Below are positions 34,996 to 47,800 of a stretch of DNA of 64,000 nt, in pieces. The DNA is from Leptogorgia sarmentosa. Taxonomy: Eukaryota. The stretch's first letter is position 1. Each line of letters starts with the position of its first letter. The notes beneath the pieces were generated by a model. The model worked only from the letters and a program-made list of their open reading frames with translations, did not search any database and was not told where the DNA came from. The translations under genes and the position numbers were made by a program. The DNA is taken from positions 11,842,001 through 11,906,000 of the forward strand of contig OZ210885.1 in assembly GCA_964658305.1 (NCBI GenBank), in the 5' to 3' direction.

Positions 34996-37137
34996 CACTG
35001 AGCTATACTAAATTACTGGAGGAAGCGCACGCGAACAAAAAGTGAAGCCAAAAATTCGTCATTTGCTGACGCCATTTCCATGACAACTGGTCCGAAAACC
35101 TCACAGAATTACCGCTTACCAGGGCTCGATTTATGAGCCCGCTACGTTTCCACACCCCCCTGGTTTTTTATAAAAACTTCAGTTTTGCAGAGTTTTTTTC
35201 AGTTTTTTTTCGACATATTTAGGCATTTTATTTATTTAGCGATAAATTTGTTCAAAGGACTGAAAGTAAGATATGTTGTATATTCTATTATCAACGGTGA
35301 ATGTCAAAAAAAGTGTTAAAACCTCACGAAATGTGAAAAAAGACCACATCTATATTTCGAAGTCACACCGTGAAATTTCAAAACATACTGGGTAAATTCA
35401 TAAATAGAAATAGCAGTATATTTATTAGTAAATCAGTCAATTTCCTAATTCTTGCAAAAAGTTCGTGTCCCTTTTATTTTGTAAATTATTTGAGCACTAA
35501 ACCTTCAATAGTAGAATTGTCTTATGAGCAGTATTTAACTATTGATAGCAGCTTATTGCCATTTTATCATGTAAAAATATTGTAAATTGCTTTCCTAATA
35601 TATTTGTCATTATGATACAAATAAGTCCTGTTATATGTTATCCTAAATCTCATCCCTTTGTTGGTCTGGAGTGGATTGCATGAGTAGATTTTGAATTGAT
35701 TGGCATATGGCCCCAGGGATTCTATAATCCTTGAGGGATTCCAGCATGTTCAAGATTTTAGTATATTGTTATACCAAATTGAATGATTTAATGGGCAAAA
35801 AAGATGATGAATTACCCTGGCAGATATACTGTATAACCACTAACTTAACTATTATGTAAACTTCATCTGGCATCAGATTTGGCATATTGTAGCTTGAGCA
35901 AAGCACTGTTGAAAACTGTTTTAAAAGGAAGGGATTGAATCTGTTATTTTGTCCAAAATCTTATCAAGTAGGCTGCAAGCAGGCTACAAAATATAAACAG
36001 CCCCTAATATATAAAATATCTACTGTATATTCTCATAGTTTTTGCCAATTCACTCTTCTTTATTGCAATATTTATCCACAGTGAATCAAGGAAGAAATCA
36101 ACATCTCCAAAATTAAATAGGCTATACAAATTAATTGATATGCTATATTTGCAATTAAAATTCTTCATACAATGATTTATAATAAAGAATAATAAGGCCC
36201 ATGTATCCAGGTCTCTAGAAGTGGTTTATCTTTAAGAAACCAATTCACCATAAATCTTCAAAATTCAAAGCTGTTGTCCATATTCATCTTGCATTGCCCT
36301 AAGGGAGAAATACTCATTGCACTCACAGAAGTTTACAATGTGTCAGAGAAGAGGTCTGAAGGGGTCTATTTATTTGTGTGTCACATTTTAGCTAAGAGGT
36401 CACAATTATGTGGCTATGCCTTGTAACTCAGTGTGTCTGAATTATACAGCTAGACAAGTTTGCAGACAGCTGCCTCTCAGTTTCCTCTCAGCCTCTCGAA
36501 TTATGTGTAAAGAATGGTATTTTATGCATATAAAAACATATTTAATGTTGACACTACTATTTCAAAATTAAAACCTGTCCAGGTGTCACTGTTAAAAGAG
36601 TACTGAAAATGGTAGCACAACACAAACAATGGACGAGTGTTCATTGCACTAATTAGAGTATTATATAAAGTGCATAACTGAATACTGTTTTGTCTTCAGG
36701 TAAACTTTCGCTTGTCGATGGGAAATTCGAAATCCTATGACCTGCTGGCTTGTAAAAAAGGTGCCAAACTCGGAGGCCCCAAAAAAACGTTTTATAGATT
36801 CTTACCGGTAAATGCAGTATTTTCTATGATAGTATGATCCAAATACCAGTATAAAAACAGTAATACCAGTAACTTTGAGCCCTTTTCGGCAGTGTTGAGC
36901 CCTTTTCGGCAGCGTCATTTGATAAAAAAAGCAGAAAAATCAAAATATTTTCGGGAGGGTGAATGACTCTGTTAAATGCTTAGGATCGCGGTTGGTCAGT
37001 GGTAATTCTGTGAGGTTTTCGGACCAGTTGTCTTGGAGATGGCGTCAGAAAATGGCGTAATCAGCCATTATTTTGGCTTCACTTTTTTATCAGAAAAAGG
37101 GTACGTGCGCTTCCTCCAGTATTCTTATAGCTCAGTG
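34996..37137. mobile_element. 2.1-kb TIR DNA transposon (8-bp TSD; superfamily unresolved)
   Basis: Termini CACTGAGCTATA / TATAGCTCAGTG, ~120-bp imperfect TIRs, TSD AAACATAC at 34988-34995 and 37138-37145. Confidence 0.9.
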
Positions 37138-37273
37138 AAACATACATATGAGCTTTTTTAACTGGAGATTTTTTTTCTTTGCAATTTGTCAGTAAAAACC
37201 AGAAAAATATTCTTGGTGATATCGAATAGATCAGCTTTGAAAAGAAATGTTCTCAATTTGTTTGTAAATTTGT

Positions 37274-37397
37274 TGTCAGGAGTGGGATTCGAACCCACGA
37301 CCACATGTGTTGGCCAGAACGCCCTATTATGTCAAGGTTGATCGTGACAAGTTTTTGCACTTGAGTCTGGCGACTTAGACCGCTCGGCCATCCTGAC
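37274..37397 (-). tRNA. tRNA-Leu(CAA) with a 40-nt intron (37320-37359)
   Basis: GTCAGGATGGCCGAGCGGTCTAAG.CGCCAGACTCAAG[intron]TTCTGG...GTGGGTTCGAATCCCACTCCTGACA. Confidence 0.88.
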
Positions 37398-38329
37398 ACA
37401 CATGAAAACATGGAATTTCCTACCACATTTATTCTTTGCTACCTTCAACATGCCACATGCCGTTCTGATTTTCTCTTGACAACTGACGTGAGCCGAATAC
37501 GTGACGGGGGCACACATTATTTTATTGGAATTTTTTTAATCAATTGCAGTTAAAATCGAACGATTTTAAAACCATTGCGAAATTTCAATGGTCATCACAA
37601 ATACTGTGTTTATGTTGTTTTTGTATTATCTTGTTAGTGTTTGGGAGGGTGAAATTGAGGAATTGCTATACTTCTCGTGTAGTGCTCCAAGATGCTGGAG
37701 CCCAATTCAGATGCTTTTCCAATTTAGATAAAAAACATGTTGATAAAAAAACATACATGCACTGGTAAAAGTAACTGCAAGTCGTGCATCTTTGCAAAAT
37801 CGTTCGCACGTCCCAGCAAATTTGTATAGGAAATTACGCCGTTCCTGAAGTATTAATGAAAAATTGCACGCTTGTTTGGCGAAATATTTCGCGGTATTTC
37901 GCCAAACATAAGTGCAATTTTTCATTAATACTTCGAGAACAAGTGTAATTTCCTTTTAATATCATTGTAGTCAATTTCAGGGAATGTCAATATCAAACAA
38001 ATGAAAATCCATCGTAAAATTATACGAGAAACGAAAATGTTTATGTAGTTTTACTTGTTTTTAAGTTTACCGCTCGCATATCGCGGGCTCGAAACCGTGG
38101 TATTTGAAAAATTAATTACACACCTGTGTAATTAATGTTTAATTCGACCAGTTGTTGAAGCTTTTTAGCCAATCAGCGTCCTGGAAATTGACTACAATGA
38201 TATTAAATTGCAAATTTCCCAGCTTTTCTAATGCAGTTCATAGTACTTACAGTATAGAGCTGGGAGTGTAGGCCAGTTGTAGATGTCAATGTTTAGTTGA
38301 ACAACGCGAAACCTGTTGTTTGTAGCAAC

Positions 38330-38411
38330 GTAGTCGTGGCCGAGTGGTTAAGGCGACAGAGTAGAAAGCTGTTGGGAGTTTCCCGCGCAGGTTCAAATCC
38401 TGCCGACTACG
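38330..38411 (+). tRNA. tRNA-Ser(AGA), anticodon-arm mismatches
   Basis: GTAGTCGTGGCCGAGTGGTTAAGGCG..TAGAAA..GCAGGTTCAAATCCTGCCGACTACG. Confidence 0.82.
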
Positions 38412-38676
38412 TTATGCAAAGTCTTCACGATTTTGGCCTCGAATGTAAACATGAATTTTTTTTTTTTGGGGGGGGGGGAACTTGATGAGAGGAAATTCTG
38501 TTCTCGGTGGTGGTGGCTGAGTGTTTAAAGTGACAGATTCAATGTACAATTTTCCATCTACGAAAACAATGGAAAGAAGTCGTGTTTTTTATTGTATTAA
38601 GGTTATGAAAGGTCCGTGAATTGATTATAGCTGCGTTTGAAATAATATGTATGTAATTAACCTTGCCGACTACAAC

Positions 38677-38749
38677 GGGAGTGTAGCTCAGTGGTATGAG
38701 CATTCGACTGCAGATCGAGAGGTCGGTGGTTCAAATCCGCCCGCTCCTT
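38677..38749 (+). tRNA. tRNA-Cys(GCA)
   Basis: GGGAGTGTAGCTCAGTGGTATGAGCATTCGACTGCAGATCGAGAGGTCGGTGGTTCAAATCCGCCCGCTCCTT. Confidence 0.85.
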
Positions 38750-39641
38750 ATAACGCTCCTTATAATCATGCCTATAGACTACAAAACCTTCAAATTCTTT
38801 AAAGGCCTGATGGAAAAAATGCAACCCAAAGGGTTAAGATGCATGTACTACGTTTCGTGTTAAATATATCCACCAATTCTTGAAAACGATTAGTCCTTCT
38901 GTTAGTTACTTCAATTTTACTGGAAGATTGAAGATTTATTCTTTTTGAAGTACAAGCCAAGATTAATGCCAGTGGTATAGACGTCAATGTTTAGATGAAC
39001 GACGCGAAACCCGTTTAAAAAAGAGAAAATTGATAAAAAGAAGTTCATTAAGAACCTTTTTAAAAAGCAAAGTATTCAACTTCTAACAGGTTTGTATTTT
39101 GCAAAAACTTGTTCTTCGCTTGGCAAGGACGAAGTTCGTGTTTATGTCATGATGTAAACAAAGGTGCAAAATTGATGTACTTCATTTAAAAACAAAATTG
39201 ACGGTTTAACCGATAAAATTGATTCACTAGAGATTTCACAACTATATGCTTTATAATATACTTTTCGGAAATTACACCAGTATTATCAGAATACTTTTAC
39301 CAATGCTGTAAATGATTAGCCGTTCTGGTCTCAAAAAAAGAGTTGCTGCGAAAGGGCGAGTACTAGCTAAATCGCGAGAAAAATGAGTTTGGTTAGCTTT
39401 ATTTCCGTGGCTGTACCTCCTCGACTTATTCACTGATTTGCCAGAAAACGTTGTACATATTTAGTAATAATATCGTAGAAATACGGGCTGCTATTTTTTT
39501 CCGAATTTTGTTGACGAGACGTAGATTTTTTCGACTTGTTTTCAGGCGTAGTGAGTCATATTATTATTTACTTGCCAACCTTATCATCTGAACGTTATGT
39601 CAAGCGTGTTATACTTTTTTCATTCTCTTCCAAATATCTAA

Positions 39642-39712
39642 TTCCCATGCCGGGAACCGAACCCGGGTTTGGCGGCGAGAGCGCCAGATCATGACCACTG
39701 CACCACATGGGA
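39642..39712 (-). tRNA. tRNA-Glu(CTC), degenerate, probably a pseudogene
   Basis: TCCCATGTGGTGCAGTGGTCATGATCTGGCGCTCTCGCCGCCA..GGTTCGGTTCCCGGCATGGGAA. The B-box A58 is mutated. Confidence 0.7.
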
Positions 39713-40531
39713 GAAACATTATTTTATCTTTTCCCGGAATGTGAGTATATAAGTAAAAAATTGTGATAAATTAATAAATGGTTGTCTATATGCCTGTATA
39801 ATAGTACCAGTTTATGGAGCATTTAACATGTCATTTATTATGGAAGTTTACTTCAATGATGCCAAAATATTCCACAAAATACGACAACTTTTGAAAAGCT
39901 TTTAATTTTGCTATTTTTCGAAAAAGTATAGAATTTATAATTACCAATTCATATTTCATTTGTGCCGTTTTTCACCTGGCAATACAGGTTCTCCAACATT
40001 GGGCGAGATATTCAACTCAGCCCGAGACTGTCCTGATGTTGTTGATAAATTAGCTGGAGCAAAAGATGGATCTTGCTGGATCCTTCGGAAGAACCCACAA
40101 GGTACAAGCTCATGCTTCCGAAGCTGAAATCTACATAATGAATCTTGCAAATAGTTTTTTAAAATTATTTTAATTAGGTTTGGTGTTATATTCATACAGA
40201 CCAAGGTGGACTAATTTGTGTTGTTTGGAATAAAGAATAGTCCAGTAAGTTCGACAGTTCCATGCGATTCGTCCCCGGTTGACCCACAAGGACCTCCACA
40301 CTGGTCAAGTGTTTTGGACGATATCACAGTTCTTGATTTTAGAGTCCAGGTCACAACAAACAAAAGTTTTGATGGCACAAGAGCAGACTGGTAAGAATAC
40401 ACAAACTAATAATTTCTTGTTAACCATGAGCAAAGTCAGCACCGAGCTCGTCTTTTGTACCGACAGTGCACGTAGTGCGAGTTACAACAGGAAAATGATT
40501 ATCTCATACGAACATATGATTGAAACTTTAA

Positions 40532-41885
40532 AGTGTTACTGCAACGAATTTTTCGACCCCTTTTTTATTGGCTTATTTTAAAGTACTTACTCTCCGAATA
40601 TGTTTACCGCAAACAGAATTAAAATTGCTCTTTTCAAACGGATTTTATGGCCTTTCAAAGTTGCGATTTTTGGCTACTTCCGTGCGAACTTTTCGACCAC
40701 CATATTAATGCCGTGTGACGTCACAAGTGTAACACATTGTCAACATGGCGTATATTTCTAATAGACGTAAAGCTACTCGCGGAGGAAAACGCTGCGTTGC
40801 TGGCGGTCCTAACTTAGTTAGCTGCGTCAATGATAGCAAAACTGAAGGAGTATCTATGCATCTATTCCCTAATGAAGAAACAGATGCTCAGAGACGGAAT
40901 AAGTGCGTGAAATTTGTCTGTAAACATAACCCGGGTTTTGACGCTACGGCGACCTCGTGCCTTCATTCGTGCTACGATATGAATCTAGAGTTAGCAAAAT
41001 CGCTAAATATTAACTTGCTATGAATTATGACTATTTTCCTTATCAATTAATGAAATCAATTTATTCTGCCACAGCTTAAGTATTTACAAATTTAATAAAT
41101 AGAAGGCAAGAAAGCCCAAAAGAAAGGGCCTATAAAATTGGGCTCTTTTATATACACACTTGTTCTGATAGATATTGAGACGGCAATGTGGAATCAATAA
41201 TTATACTGATATCAATATATTGATACCAAAATTAACAATATATCATTACAGATGAATATTAAATAAAAGCAATAAAATATACATTCAAATTTAGCCTACG
41301 TCGGCTATTTTAATTAGGCTAAAGTCTAAACAGTCTTGAACCTTCACTTATCACTGTTCCAGAGTTATTCTACCGTCGCTTCTTTGTTCAATAGTTGCTG
41401 GCAACAATCCATCTGGATCCTCTGGAACACAACTCGTTTCCCCAGGTTCTGCTATAGGTTCATCGTCGTACGCAAAGCAGTGCGATGTGACATGTCATGC
41501 AGTTTCACTTGAACTTTCACACGATTGCGGGTCCCCGCCAGACTCGTTACTCGACATGAGCAAAATATATTGTCTTAAAATGCATATGTTCAAGTTTTGT
41601 TTCAAAAGAATTTTTTTTCCGGCCAAAAAAGCGCGAGAAACACAGAGTATAGCTCTAACGCAATACAATTTACTAGTAGCTTCGCTAAACGTGTTACACT
41701 TGTGACGTCACAAGGTGACAAAATGGCGGCTGTTTTGTTCGCATCCGGTATCGAAGTTTGGAGGCGAAATTTAGTTACTTCCACTCAACGTACAAAAGTC
41801 ATCTATACACCAAATTTCATCTTTCGACCTGAATATTTATTTAAGGCAAAAAAAATGAGGTCGGAAAATTCGTTGCAGTAACACT
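40532..41885. mobile_element. Internally deleted Kolobok-type DNA transposon
   Basis: TIR AGTGTTACTGCAACGAATTTT..CGACC, TTAA on both sides, and a THAP ORF inside. Confidence 0.85.
40745..41023 (+). pseudogene. THAP zinc-finger N-terminus of the Kolobok transposase (degenerate)
   Basis: RCVAGG..SCVNDSKTEGVSMHLFP..RRNKCVKFV. The CSxHF motif is deleted. Confidence 0.75.
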
Positions 41886-44885
41886 TTAACACTTTCTATC
41901 ATATCAGCAACTTTCCAATAAAGGATACCGAATGGTTTTCCGCGCAGGATTGCGTCATCCATGCACGTGGGATGTGGCGACTTTCGGAAAGCGTAAAAAA
42001 TCACGAGCCGCAGGCGAGTCACTTTCCGAAACTCAAGCCACATCCCAAGTGTATGGATAACGCTATCTTGTACGGGAAAATCATTTGGTAATTGTTTTAT
42101 AAAATAACTACAGTGAAACAACGGAAAACGTTAATATTTCTTTTCCATTAATACGAAAACCCTTGTTTGTTATTTTCGATAGCAATTTGTGTTACTGTCA
42201 AATTTTCGTATTTTACTTTATTTTATTGCCGACATTTTAAAAATCCCGTGACTCGTGAGCATTATGCTCGTGAGTAAGCATTCAGAATTTTCCAAGCAGG
42301 ATACTGTGCAGGATTGTCTGATCTTGCAGGACTATTGACCAATCAAATTGCGTGTTTCACTGTAGTTATTATGTAACAGCCTTTCACGGCCGAAAACAAT
42401 TTACTCGATAAGCGGGGTGACGTTATAACATGCTCAATAAGAGCAGAACTGAGTCATTAGACACTCGAAATATTTTCTTGTCAACAGAGATAACTTTTCT
42501 CACATGAAGAGTCCCTTAATCTGCAAACAAACTTATAAGGATCGATGGTCCAATGTTGTATCTGTAAAACACTGCTGAAATGAAAAGATTTTAGAAAATA
42601 CGACTAAGTGATAATGACGTCTGAAGTTCAGTAAGGCTTGCTGATAATGCGACCATTGCAAACATCATTGGTAATTTTACTTTTATTGACAAATGTTCTA
42701 TAATAATTCGATATTGTAAACCAGCAAATACAACTAAAAATCTACACTAAAGTTGAAACAAAATCATTTTCAAATATACAGTTGCCTCTTATATTAATTA
42801 GGCGAATTGCTAAACATTTCCAGATATGTTCACTGTTTAACTTATTCAGTGATACTATTTTAACTATCTTATACGTTTACTATACCGTCATTGAGAATTA
42901 AGAGAAAATACTTAGCATGACGTTTTCTCGATAATTATTTACAGCATGGACTGAATAAAAATGTTTGTAATAAGACAGGTGAATTCAAAACACGCAGAGT
43001 GCCACTGAAATATTTTCCCTTCCACCCCATTTTTCCTCCCGAACAAGTATTTTTGAAATACGGACAGTAGGGATATTGAATAATGAATGAGGTAAAATGT
43101 ATTAAACATTGAAGTAGAAATAATCAACCTCCATGTCAGAAAATATGAAGCCTGCGCCTATTATCAAATTAATGACTTTTAAAAATTTCCAATGAAATTT
43201 ACCGATTTTCCGACAAACTGATATTGTCGCATACACCATGCAACAAGTCAACTAGCGCTTTCAATATCCTATTTCGCTTCAAATTTCACAACTAAAGGCT
43301 GCATTCCAGTTACTCGTTTTTACACGTACGTCTACGCACGTCAAAGTCAAATCTCTCTATATTTCATTTCATTAATAAAATACCTTTAGAAACACATACT
43401 ACATCATTCAAAGAATGAGATGCTTTACATGTATTCATGTGTAGCACAGAAACTAACGTTGAAATCAATTTCACTAATTTTTACACGTACGTACGTACGA
43501 AAAACGCGTAACTGGAAAACAGCTGTAAGATCTACTGTGAAAATTTCATCTTAAGTATCAGTTAAGAACGACCCACACTTGAGATAAATATAGCCATTGA
43601 TCGCTGATATCTTGGAATATGATGAAAAATCAAGTACCTACTGACCAAGCATGAGGTGTGCACGGTGAATATCAAACCGAGGCCAATGTCAAGACATGAA
43701 GACCGAGGTTTGAAAGTTAACCATACAGACGAAACAGTCCAAGTCAACGAAAAGACGAAGTCTGCCTATTTTCGCACGGAACTGATACTCAATTTTTTGC
43801 ACTATCTTTCTTTTCACGAAGATTCTGAATTACGAATATTTAAAAAAATGCGATGTGTTGGAACATAATATTTTGCCAAAGGTACGTGACGTCAAATGAG
43901 CTAATCACGTGTGCCAAATACTCTATCAAGGTGTCAATCCTGTGGGGTCCCCGAATCTTTGGCTTGCGGGACGACTATATAACTGTCCCCCACTGTTTAC
44001 CATTTCTCGTTTTCTTTTACTTGTGACAATAGTAATTATAAAAGTTATACAGCAGCATAATACTTAATGTAAGCGATCTTTGATTCGTGCACCTAAATGA
44101 CCTCATCAAAGAGGTAGAGTTAAGGTTCTGAAATGGACGTTTCCGGCGATCTCGAGGTTTTAAATGTTCACAATTTTCTGATTTGGCGCAAACCATGGTG
44201 ACGCTATGGGAGAAGTTGGGTCCTTACAACTAATCTGAAAACGTTCCTATACCCTTCCTGGAGTACTTGTAGGAACGTACTTGTAAGAAGGATGCAGAAA
44301 CGTTTTCAACTCCAAAAAAATCAAAACCCACACCCCAAGTTTGGGAATGTATTGTCGTCCTTGTATTCATTGTGCCTATTGCCTAATAATTTCACTGCAA
44401 CATTCAAATATTTTTCAATATCTCTACTTTTGAAATTCCCGAACTACCTGGAATGGTGGTTGTTTTGGTAAAAATAGTCATAGTCGAATATTAGTCTACA
44501 GGGTGTTCCAAAAAGCCCGAAAACCTTTGAAATTAGCCCATTGTTTGAATTTGAATGCCCCAGCAATAAGCTAACACCTAAGCTAAGCTAATTTTGCAAG
44601 CCATTATTTCAGTCTATTCAAAATTTGGTTTTAATCAAGTATATCAGTTTTTACGAATTTTTTCGAGTTTAAATTGAAAGGGCTTTCAAATTCCAACAAT
44701 GCGTTAATTTCAATGGTTTTTGTTTTTTGAGTCATTATTTTACCTTATATATATTTTAGAGCATTTTGTCATAGCAAGAAATATTCATATTGCTACTCCA
44801 CATATCCTTGTTTCCACGCTTAATATTCATTTCAGACAATGTTGCAATCTCTCTTAAGTCTTCAACCTTTTGGTTGGAGTTGTTT

Positions 44886-47800
44886 TTAATGCGAGGATAA
44901 CTTATTAAGACGAAGGAAGCAGACCCGACCTCCTTCCAGGCCAACACAAACCATTCCATTTGAACCACATGCGATGGCTAAAACATACCGGTCGAAATGA
45001 AACTCTTCAACACACTCTCCATTTGGTAGGTTCCTCAGTTTCAGCGTCTTGTCATAATAACCCGAGCACGACAAAACAAATTCTCCTTCGGGCGCTAATG
45101 CCAACGCTATGATACGTTCGACATTTTCAATTGGAAATCTGTGGAGAACCTTTCCAGTTCTGAAGTTCTCAATCACCAAAGAACCACGGCCTAAAAATGT
45201 GATTTAAAATTTTTAAGTCTGTTAAAGCAATGTTACACGAGGCAATTTTTGCGATCAATTTTGGATTGTTTAGCCATGTTTTATATTTATAGTGGCTGTT
45301 ACGAACGAAAGATTTTGATCGCAGAGCATACCCAATGTTCTTCTTTCCCAAGATAATTTTTGAACAACGTGAGACGTATTCTAATTTGGATTTACAGCCA
45401 TTTTATTGAAACCGGAATTTCACGCGAATCAATTTTTGCCATCACTTGCGAGCTGATCTTGGATTGTTAGCCGTGTTATCTAACGGCTACGTTATACAGA
45501 ATAATTATTTGCCAATATTTGTGACGCAATTTTAGCTTCATAGTGATTTATGTTGCAGGTATGTTACCCAAAGGAATTTGTCGCAAAACTGCTTGATCTA
45601 TCAGGTCCTAGCATAGCGGTGGGGGTATTGGTGACCGATACAACCTATGACGCGTTATAGCACGCAACCTACATTCATTTTCAGATCTTAGACAATATAG
45701 ACACAGTAACCTGCGATTTACGCGCACAAATTTCTCAGCAAGTTTCGTGTAAATGACACAGCTTTAAATCAGACGTTTCTTTCCAAGGGGCGATATAAAC
45801 TTCTGTCGTACTATCCAGGGGCAGAGTTTCTGGGGGACGGGGTGCAGGGAAATTGTTCACCCCTTCAAAAAATTGTCATCTCCTGTCCCTGCCACAATGC
45901 CAATGTACTAACAATAAAGTAGCTATAAAATTAACATGTTTCTACGCGTTTTTGCGGCAAATTAACAAGGAAAATCAAACACACAAAAATATTTTATTGA
46001 TGTTCGATCGACACCCTCACTCACACCCTTGCATCTCTCAGTGAAAAACATGAAAATCCGCCCCTGGTAATAAGGGTGACCGATACAGCCGACACAAAAT
46101 TAAAAACCTATGCAGACTAAACTGGGTAATGCTCAAAATTTCCCCGCGAATAATTGGTAGATAACATAGTTTCACGTGTAACGGGAGGTGAGGTGTTACC
46201 GTGAGATTACGTCTACGCGGTTGAAAGCGGGGTGTCATCTACTGTGCTTCTTGTTAAGACAGGTTTATTGATGTAACATAAAAGGTCTTGATCCACTGTT
46301 TTAATTTTTTTTCGTAACTTTTGATGATTTCGTCACAGAACTCGCCGATGGCTTATATTATATTCACATATTTTATGCTTTGAAAGGTTTTTAATTGCAA
46401 TAATCTTGCGTACAGTAGCTTGACGTCGCGTGCTTTGTTGCATTAATCTTAGGCGGAAATTTTGCTGGCGGCGCTAGAGACAGAGCAAATTTCGTTCCTA
46501 GTTAATATGATGTTTCTTTGATAACGACCGAAGGAATTAAGCGAAGGAATAGGTGAGCTAGAAAAAATCGTTGTCATACCGCGAGCAAAATTTTGGACCT
46601 TCGTTTTGTATTGTATGTTCATGCAGTTTCTACTAGTGTAACATGCACGGTTTTTGTTTTACAACTCTTGATGAATTTGAGTAGAACTTCCAACAGGCCT
46701 ATAAAGCTAATAGAGAGGCTAAGATACCCCGGTTCCGGTTTACAAGTACGGCTGCATTTCCCGTTCCAGTACCCCGCCGTAAACCGGAACCGGGGTATCG
46801 TCACCTCTCAAATAACCACAGCTGGCCCAGGTCGCTCGCGCCCGCCTGAAAATCACTAAAAATAATAGAATGGAAACATTGCGACCAGACGAGTCATATG
46901 TGACATAAACTATCCTCGATTTTGTGCATTTAAATATATCTCTTTCCAAATTAATATCCCCAGTAAGAAGGATACCCTATAACTCTCAAAACAATGATGC
47001 TTTTATCAAATAGCGTAAATTCGGCAAATATATATAGGCGTACCCGCTGTGCTGTGCAAAAAACCGGAAGTCGTTGATTACTCATTAAATTCAAACTTTA
47101 TTGTGTCGCGAATATCAAAAAACATTCGCTGCCCAATCAGATTTGAGTTTCGGTGGTGTAATTGAGTATTCGACGATTTCCGGTTTATTGCACAGGAAAG
47201 CGGGTAAGCGGATATATATTTGCCAAATCTTGACGTTCCTTCTTCGACAATTTTAGAGCGAATTTACGCTATTTGACAAAAGCATCATTGTTTTGATAGT
47301 TACACGGGATCCTTCTTGCTGGGGATATCGATTAATTTGGAAAGAGAAAAGCGAAAAATCGAGGATAGTCTGTGTGACATATGCCTCGTCTGGTCGCAAT
47401 GGTTCCATCCTTCTATTATTTTCAGTGATTCTCAGGCGGGCGCGGGCAAATATTTAGCCTGGGCTTCCTGGCAGTTTGTCACGTTGTTACACTATTTTAG
47501 TTAGTGATTAATTAACAAAACTTATTAGTGAAAATTTTTCTCTCATTAAAAATCTTTGTACTAGCCTTTTTGTTAACGCTGACAACGAATTAATAATAAC
47601 AGTTAACAAGGCGCCTGCTCAGGCGTTCACTCCGCCTCCACTGCAAAAATGGTTATCTGTAATTCTGTAGTTTGACTCATGAAAACGGATTGAACTCGCG
47701 AGTTTTAATTAAAACATGCACAACTCTAATTGTTTAAGGGCATTAAAGAGATCAAGCCACACACATAGGATAACATACGTCCTTAGTTATTCTTCTTTTC

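Noticed and set aside
45816..46066. hAT MITE with TSD
   Set aside because: CAGGGGC ends are present, but the flanks match at only 5/8, so it is not listed as a confident feature.
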